From: an uncultured virus (IMG/VR IMGVR_UViG_3300046616_000175)
Lineage: Duplodnaviria > Heunggongvirae > Uroviricota > Caudoviricetes
Length of the DNA: 64,000 nt
IMG/VR virus record: IMGVR_UViG_3300046616_000175
Strand: one strand, 5' to 3'
Part shown: in pieces, positions 58,497 to 64,000 of the stretch
Layout of the letters: the number at the start of each line of letters is the position of its first letter
How positions within the stretch are numbered: the first letter of the stretch is position 1
The notes under the pieces: generated by a model
Databases searched by the model: none
What the model was told of the DNA's origin: nothing
The model's input: only the letters and a program-made list of their open reading frames with translations
Translations under genes and position numbers: made by a program

Positions 58497-58721
58497 TCAG
58501 ACGGCCCCGGTCGCCCCTTTTCCCCCGGAGGGACGGCCGGGGTCTTCCTGTGCCCCCTGAGGGGTGTCTAGGACCTCGTACAGGGCGTAACCCTTCCCGT
58601 ACTTCCGCCGGGCGATCCGCCACGGCTGACGGGTGGCTTTCCGGTAGGCCACGAGGTCACCCCATAGCTTGTCGGCAACGGCCCGGGGGAGCGTCCCTGT
58701 GAGCCGCCGGTAAGTGGTCAC
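58497..58721 (-). CDS. Basic hypothetical protein
   Basis: GTGA-coupled to 58718-58912. Confidence 0.5.
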   Translation of the reverse strand: MTTYRRLTGTLPRAVADKLWGDLVAYRKATRQPWRIARRKYGKGYALYEVLDTPQGAQEDPGRPSGGKGATGAV

Positions 58722-58912
58722 GCTGCTCGCCCCCAAGCGTGCCGGTCGAGGTGCTGCGGGCAGGCTCCCGCCGGGGGAGTCACGACACCCTCACAGCGGT
58801 AGCCGTGGACGTCGATTGTGTGCTCTGTGCCGTCCGGCCGGACGAGGGTCATGGGACGGCTGACGAGGTAGGGGCACTGAGGCTGCAACTTGCCGGTTTC
58901 CTTCGAAATCAT
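58718..58912 (-). CDS. Hypothetical protein
   Basis: Divergent from int; coupled pair. Confidence 0.5.
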   Translation of the reverse strand: MISKETGKLQPQCPYLVSRPMTLVRPDGTEHTIDVHGYRCEGVVTPPAGACPQHLDRHAWGRAA

Positions 58913-58994
58913 GTCGTACAGATGCAGTCTCGAACGATTCAGACATCAGGGCTATTCCCGACCCCGCCACCTCGTCGCCGGTCGCTCAGGCTCT

Positions 58995-59042
58995 ATGTGG
59001 GTACTGGCGTCAACACTCATGTGTTGACTACGATACCTACAT
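58995..59042. other. attP of phage B (central CA at 59018-59019)
   Basis: ATGTGGGTA...GTCAACAC / GTGTTGAC...TACCTACAT imperfect inverted repeat abutting int ATG. Confidence 0.8.
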
Positions 59043-60801
59043 GGAAGCGAGTTTGAGAGTGGACACTGTCAGAGCAGCAACGTACGGCCGACAGAGCAAG
59101 CGACGGGAGGACGACAGCCAAGGTAGCCCGATGGCACAGCGCGTAAGCACGCATGCACTGTGTGTGGCGCGCGGCTACCGGCACGACGTCGACAACGACC
59201 ACTTTGAAGACGTCGGCATTTCCGGCTATGACCCCAACGCGTACCGACCCGGTTTTGAGGCGCTCATGGACGCTGTGAGGGCCGAACGGTACGACGTGGT
59301 GGTTATCCCCGCCCTGAGTCGTCTGACGCGCCGTGGCGCCCTTGAGGCGATGCGCATTGAGGCTGAGATGCGCAAGCACGGGGTCACCCTCGTCAGTGTC
59401 CACGAGCCGTACCTTGACACCTCTGACCCGGTTGGGGTCGGCATCTTCGCAATCATCGCCGGTCTTGCTGAGCAGGAATCGGCAACGAAAAGCATGTTCA
59501 TTACAAACACCAAGGAAGTGCACGCCAAGGCAGGTGGCCACGTGTCCGGCATCGCGCCGTATGGCTTTGACAGTGAGCGGGTGCAGCGGGATGGACTGAC
59601 GCTCAGTCAGCTTGTCCCCAACGGGGAAGAAAGCCCGGAAGTACTCCGCATGGTCGAGTGGACCGAACAAGGAAAGTCCGCAACGGCAATCACCGGAATT
59701 CTCAACGCCGAGGACGTCCCCACCAAGGCTGAGAACATGGGGGAGAAAGGGAAAACCCGCATAGCTGCCCGCCGGAAGCGCGCGACGAAACAGCACGAGG
59801 GCGAGGCTAAATGGCACTCCGCAACCGTCCTCAAGATTCTCCGTGATCCTCGTCTTGCCGGTTTCGCCATGGAAACGGTTGGACGCAAGAAGCCCAACAA
59901 GGAAACCGGCGAACCGGGCAGCGCCGGAAAGCGCGAGATTCTGCGGGACGAGGACGGGCAACCCGTGATCTCCCACAAGGGAATCATCACCCCTGAGCGT
60001 TGGTACAAGCTCCAAGACAAGCTCGACGGCCGCACACCCACGTACAACCGGGGCAAGGGTGACCCGACGCTACTGGGCGGCTGGAATGTGCTTCGCTGCG
60101 GAGTGTGCGAGGGCAACCTCTACCCTGAGCGCTCGCGCGGCCTCTACATGTGCAACGTGCAGAACGGCGCCGTTCCCGGACACGGTGGACTGTCCATCAT
60201 GCAAGAGCCCGCCGACGACATTACGGCGCGTCTCGTATGGGCACGGCTCATGAACCTTGACCCCTCTGACGCGGAAGACATTGACGTTCTGACCGAAGCA
60301 TCCCGCCGTTTCGCATTCCAGCAAGACACGGCGGGAGTAGAGGCGGAGCGCATCGCCACTGAGGCAGCGCTGACGCACACCCGGGAATCCATGCGGACCC
60401 TGTACCGGGACCGGCGAGAGGGCGCCTATAAGGGCGTGATCGGAACGGAGATGTTCCACGAGTCGCTAGAGCGCCTTGAGGGTCAGGAAGAGCGCTGCAC
60501 GGCACGGCTCACGGAACTCACGGCCATCATGGAACGGTCGACCGTACTGCCGGTCAGTGACTGGCTTGGTGGTCTGGACGCTGACAGCGACCCCATAGGG
60601 CCCGAGACCCTGTGGGACCGATGGACCCTCATGGAACGACGAGAGTTCCTGAGCCTCTTTGTTGAGCGCATCGACGTAGCCCCGTCCATCGGACGAGGGA
60701 GGCACGCCAAGACTGACAAGCGCCTCACGGTGACATGGGTCAGCCACAAGCGGCACGAGGACGAGAAGCGCAAGCGGGAGGCGGCACAGAACGCCATGTG
60801 A
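59041..60801 (+). CDS. int: Large serine integrase (phiC31-like N-terminus)
   Basis: YGRQS, DVGISG, RPGFE, LSRLTR, CGVC Zn ribbon. Confidence 0.95.
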   Translation: MEASLRVDTVRAATYGRQSKRREDDSQGSPMAQRVSTHALCVARGYRHDVDNDHFEDVGISGYDPNAYRPGFEALMDAVRAERYDVVVIPALSRLTRRGALEAMRIEAEMRKHGVTLVSVHEPYLDTSDPVGVGIFAIIAGLAEQESATKSMFITNTKEVHAKAGGHVSGIAPYGFDSERVQRDGLTLSQLVPNGEESPEVLRMVEWTEQGKSATAITGILNAEDVPTKAENMGEKGKTRIAARRKRATKQHEGEAKWHSATVLKILRDPRLAGFAMETVGRKKPNKETGEPGSAGKREILRDEDGQPVISHKGIITPERWYKLQDKLDGRTPTYNRGKGDPTLLGGWNVLRCGVCEGNLYPERSRGLYMCNVQNGAVPGHGGLSIMQEPADDITARLVWARLMNLDPSDAEDIDVLTEASRRFAFQQDTAGVEAERIATEAALTHTRESMRTLYRDRREGAYKGVIGTEMFHESLERLEGQEERCTARLTELTAIMERSTVLPVSDWLGGLDADSDPIGPETLWDRWTLMERREFLSLFVERIDVAPSIGRGRHAKTDKRLTVTWVSHKRHEDEKRKREAAQNAM

Positions 60802-60816
60802 CCCGCGCCACACTGA

Positions 60817-60856
60817 GAGCCCCGTTCGGAGAGATCCGGCGGGGCTCTTTGCTTTC
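60817..60856 (+). terminator. Terminator after integrase
   Basis: GAGCCCCG...CGGGGCTC followed by T-rich tract. Confidence 0.7.
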
Positions 60857-60945
60857 CCTTTGCGATCAGGCGCCGTGCCGGGGTGGCGTTCAGCGCTGAG
60901 GGCGAGGCTGCGTCACTACAGCAGAGGTGCGCTGACCTGCTCTTT

Positions 60946-61038
60946 ATGACGGATGACGATTAACCCCTAATTTCTAGAACACCATAAGAGTTTCTATAAG
61001 GATACCGAGAAATGCGTTCCGTTCGTCAACCGTCATCC
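60946..61038. other. Origin-like inverted repeat (B, copy 2)
   Basis: Same arms and 91-bp span as 41406-41496; 61001-61038 matches 41461-41498 at 37 of 38. Confidence 0.55.
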
Positions 61039-61076
61039 GCAAAGCAAGGCCAATTACTAGAGCGGCCCTCTCTAAT

Positions 61077-61194
61077 GGTGAGTGAGAGAGGGATTCCCGC
61101 GCACTCGACAACCGGCGGACCGAGGCCCCTCACTCACCCCGTACGCGCTCCCATATGGTGCCTCTCCCGCCCTATGGTTCCGAGCCGTACGGGG
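61077..61194 (+). ncRNA. Conserved two-hairpin structured RNA (late leader)
   Basis: Covaries with 18357-18474. Confidence 0.65.
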
Positions 61195-61197
61195 CAA

Positions 61198-61270
61198 TGT
61201 CCACTAGCTCAAGTGGCAGAGCACCCGGTTGTTACCCGGGCGGTTCCTGGTTCGAATCCAGGGCGGACAG
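61198..61270 (+). tRNA. tRNA-Asn(GTT)
   Basis: Cloverleaf, loop TTGTTAC, one acceptor mismatch. Confidence 0.88.
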
Positions 61271-61275
61271 CGCAA

Positions 61276-61351
61276 GGCTACCTAGCCCAACGGCAGAGGC
61301 ATACGGCTTAGACCCGTAACGGTCAGGGTTCGAATCCCTGGGTAGCTACCA
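61276..61351 (+). tRNA. tRNA with TAG anticodon (Leu), short variable loop
   Basis: TACGG-CTTAGAC-CCGTA, discriminator A, encoded CCA. Confidence 0.85.
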
Positions 61352-61390
61352 TTGAGGGCACCTCCCAAATTTGGGAGCTGCCCCCTGAGG

Positions 61391-61807
61391 TCACTTGAAT
61401 AGATTCAGCGCCCGCTCAACATTGGCCCGGTCGTGGTCGAGGTTGCCTAGTGCCCGGTTGCACTTCTTGCAAATCCAGCCGAGGACGGCTTTCCCCTTCC
61501 CGCTGTACGGGCTGAGCGGCTCACCTTGCCCATGGCAGACGTCACAGGGATTCGCCCTCAGTGCCGCTAGTTCATCGGGCGTGATTCCCAACTTCTTTGC
61601 CTGAATGGCGTTCTTTTCGTCCCGCTTATAGTGCGGGTTTTCCTCGCGCTTTTCGGCGTCGTATTCCCTCTTGAGTTCCGCCCGGCATTCCTTGCACTGG
61701 CTTGAGAGGCCGTCTGCCGCCTTGGCGTTCCGGCTGAATTGATCGGCCGGTTTCACCAAGTGGCAGCGGCTGCATTCCTTGGTTTGCATAACCGAGGATT
61801 CTACCAC
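61391..61807 (-). CDS. Endonuclease VII-like protein
   Basis: N-terminal CxxC...CKEC, CDVC, GWICKKCNRALG. Confidence 0.7.
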   Translation of the reverse strand: MVESSVMQTKECSRCHLVKPADQFSRNAKAADGLSSQCKECRAELKREYDAEKREENPHYKRDEKNAIQAKKLGITPDELAALRANPCDVCHGQGEPLSPYSGKGKAVLGWICKKCNRALGNLDHDRANVERALNLFK

Positions 61808-61831
61808 ACCCGGAATTAAGGGGGTGCCCCC

Positions 61832-62146
61832 ATGCCTTACAACCTATGCCCTAGACACAAGCGCCTATACCCCCTTGGGAATGGGTGCCCCCTATGTGTA
61901 GCGGGTGCCCCCGGTGCTAGGCGCTACCCCACCAAGAGCACCCGTACAGCGGGTCGGTATGACTGGGCATGGCGCAAGGCTAGGGCTGAGGCCATACGCA
62001 TGCAGCCCTACTGTTCGTGGTGTGGTAAGACCGAGGACTTGACCGGCGACCACATCACACCGCTGAGCAAGGGCGGCACCAACGAGGCAGCCAACGTGCG
62101 TGTCTTGTGTCGCTCATGCAACAGCAGGCGAGGCAACAGGCAGTGA
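61832..62146 (+). CDS. Packaging-associated HNH endonuclease
   Basis: DHITPLSKGG, LCRSCNSRR. Confidence 0.9.
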   Translation: MPYNLCPRHKRLYPLGNGCPLCVAGAPGARRYPTKSTRTAGRYDWAWRKARAEAIRMQPYCSWCGKTEDLTGDHITPLSKGGTNEAANVRVLCRSCNSRRGNRQ

Positions 62147-62546
62147 CTATGTGCATTCACTCAACACAATGAGTGATGGACATGGGGCGCGGTGGTCCCG
62201 ATCACCTCGTCATCTGCTGAGCGGCTGAGGGCACGAGGCCCTGAGAGGCTCTGTGCGGCCCTGTGAGAGGGCGACTCACCCGGGCATACCAGCGACCCAC
62301 TCAGAGGCGCTCAGAGGCGCCCTCAGGGGGTATACGGGGACCACACCAGGGGTAGGGGGAGGTCATAAGTCTGAGGCTTGCCCCTCTGGCACCCCCGCCC
62401 TCCCCTCGGATTGAATGCCCGCGTAATTGCCCGAACTCGTGGGAGACCTGCTGGTCAAGGCACGGATAGTCACTGATTTCAGCACGTAATCACGTGCTGT
62501 TACGTATCGGTGTTGGGGGGATTCCCAAACCGAGCATTTAGAAGGG

Positions 62547-62771
62547 TTGAAACTCTCCGTGCCTGTTTCTCATGACCCCGTTAAGGGTGGCTGGGCCTCG
62601 TCCGGCGCCGTTGCGAACCTGACTCACACTGTGGGCACTGCTGACGGCACCATTGATGACGTTGGCGCCTCGTTCTCTCAGTCGATTCTGAACAACAACT
62701 TCAAGGAACTGTCTGCCAAGCTCAACGCGATTCTTGTTGCGCTGAGGGAGGCGGGAAACATCGTTTCGTAG
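62547..62771 (+). CDS. Small protein, possibly virion or head-fibre-like
   Basis: LNAILVALREAG C-terminus; first gene after the cos region. Confidence 0.5.
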   Translation: MKLSVPVSHDPVKGGWASSGAVANLTHTVGTADGTIDDVGASFSQSILNNNFKELSAKLNAILVALREAGNIVS

Positions 62772-62788
62772 CTCGGAGAGGGGGCGTT

Positions 62789-63253
62789 ATGGCTGCCGGT
62801 AGACCACCTAAGCCAACGGCGCTCAAGGCGCTACAGGGTAACCCTGGGAAACGCCCCCTCAACGGCGCTGAGCCGCAGCCCTCGGCTGATATCCCGGAAC
62901 CTCCGGTCACTCTCAAGGGTGAGGGTCGCGCTGAGTGGCGCCGTGTGGTCCCTGAGCTTGCCCGACTAGGGCTTGTGACCAAGGTTGACCGGGCTTACCT
63001 CGTCGCCTACTGCTCAGCGTGGGGCACGTTTGAGGCTGCGCGTATCGCGATGGCTGAACATGGCCCCCTCGTCAACGGGCGTGACGGGAACCTCGTCAAG
63101 AATCCGGCGGCTCAGGTCATGCGTGATGCTGCGGACATGATGATTAAGTTTGGCGCTCGCTTTGGCCTCTCGCCTAGTGACCGCTCTCGACTTGCCGTGA
63201 CCCCTCCGATTGAGGACGGGCACGATGCATCGGTTTTGAAGCTACTTAGCTAG
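62789..63253 (+). CDS. terS: Terminase small subunit (P27 family)
   Basis: GRPPKPT, GNPGKRPLN, KNPA, FGLSPSDR. Confidence 0.92.
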   Translation: MAAGRPPKPTALKALQGNPGKRPLNGAEPQPSADIPEPPVTLKGEGRAEWRRVVPELARLGLVTKVDRAYLVAYCSAWGTFEAARIAMAEHGPLVNGRDGNLVKNPAAQVMRDAADMMIKFGARFGLSPSDRSRLAVTPPIEDGHDASVLKLLS

Positions 63254-63261
63254 GGGGCACG

Positions 63262-63489
63262 TTGAATCAGTATCAGGTCTACGTCTACAAGGGCGAGCTT
63301 AACCGGAGCGTGAATATCACCGTTCCGAATGGTGTTCGTTCCGGTCGCACTGACGCTGCCGTGCACTCACTCGCTGACGCCATTGAGGCGGACCTTGTTG
63401 ACCTTGCTGAGTACGAGGGCGCGACCCCTTGGCGCACGGTGCAGTACGTGTCTGACGTCGTGACGACTGAGGACGTGCAGAGGGTCTAG
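63262..63489 (+). CDS. Hypothetical protein between terS and terL
   Basis: RBS AGGGGG. Confidence 0.55.
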   Translation: MNQYQVYVYKGELNRSVNITVPNGVRSGRTDAAVHSLADAIEADLVDLAEYEGATPWRTVQYVSDVVTTEDVQRV

Positions 63490-63522
63490 GGGAGGCAGCT
63501 CCCAAATTTGGGAGGTGCTCTC

Positions 63523-64000
63523 TTGCTTCCGGTTTCTCCGTACGGTCCGGCTGAGCCTAAGCCCGGATTCTTTATGTACGACGAGGCCAAAGCGGCTCAC
63601 GCTGTGACGTTCATTGAACGGCTTATCGTCCACACCAAGGGACGGCATGCCGGACATCCGTTCATCCTCGACGAGTGGCAAAAAGAAGAGATCGTAAAGC
63701 CACTGTTCGGCACGATGATGTGGGATGACCAGTACAACGAGCACGTGCGGCAATACCGCATTGCTTGGCTGGAGATGGCCCGCAAGAACGGCAAGAGTGA
63801 ACTACTTTCAGCGTTCGCGCTGCTCGGCCTCGTCGGCGATTTTGAGGAGTCGGCTGAGGTTTACTCGGTTGCTGCTGACCGTGATCAGGCTGGGTTGGTT
63901 TACAACACCGCTAAGCGGATGGTTGAGCTATCGCCGATCCTCAGCAAGCGACTAGAGATCATCGATTCGCGCAAGCGCATCATTGATCGCAAGACGAACA
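63523..64000 (+). CDS. terL: Terminase large subunit (3'-truncated by window)
   Basis: Own translation: HTKG..AG.PF.LDEWQ, ARKNGKSE, AADRDQA. Confidence 0.9.
   Translation, partial: MLPVSPYGPAEPKPGFFMYDEAKAAHAVTFIERLIVHTKGRHAGHPFILDEWQKEEIVKPLFGTMMWDDQYNEHVRQYRIAWLEMARKNGKSELLSAFALLGLVGDFEESAEVYSVAADRDQAGLVYNTAKRMVELSPILSKRLEIIDSRKRIIDRKTN

Larger units (their letters stand above)
41348..64000 (+). mobile_element. Phage B: second phiC31-like phage, partial
   Basis: Syntenic diverged homologs; different operator, promoter motif and integrase. Confidence 0.9.

Noticed and set aside
16542..59042. Tandem integrated prophages with attL/attR
   Set aside because: Both att sites are symmetric, phage genes continue on both sides, and no host genes are present
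41348..64000. Simple tandem duplication of phage A
   Set aside because: Proteins are substantially diverged; operators, promoters, integrase and accessory genes differ

Overview
High-GC window made of two related but clearly distinct temperate siphophage genomes of the phiC31-like Streptomyces type, joined head-to-tail, with almost all genes on the + strand. The Streptomyces host is inferred from gene families, not shown. Phage A (1-41347) appears complete: a 41,229-bp unit bounded by a 118-bp direct repeat (1-118 = 41230-41347). It carries an early/replication region, an accessory cassette array, an intact attP plus serine integrase, a cluster of tRNA-like RNAs, packaging, head, tail and lysis genes, a dNMP kinase and a probable repressor. 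Phage B (41348-64000, truncated in terL) repeats the early gene order with diverged proteins, adds thyX, dCMP deaminase and a secreted transglycosylase, and has an unrelated integrase. Each phage has its own palindromic operator (A: GGGTAAATTTACCC x17; B: CTCCCAAATTTGGGAG x15) and its own promoter motif. Comparing the two reveals the most interesting signals: a covarying structured RNA with a CCUCUCCC loop ahead of the tRNAs, an array of tRNA mimics with remodelled anticodon arms, paired origin-like inverted repeats bracketing the early region, integrase promoters straddling the attP crossover, and modular operator-promoter-ORF-terminator cassette arrays. All calls were made by eye; no searches or folding programs were run.
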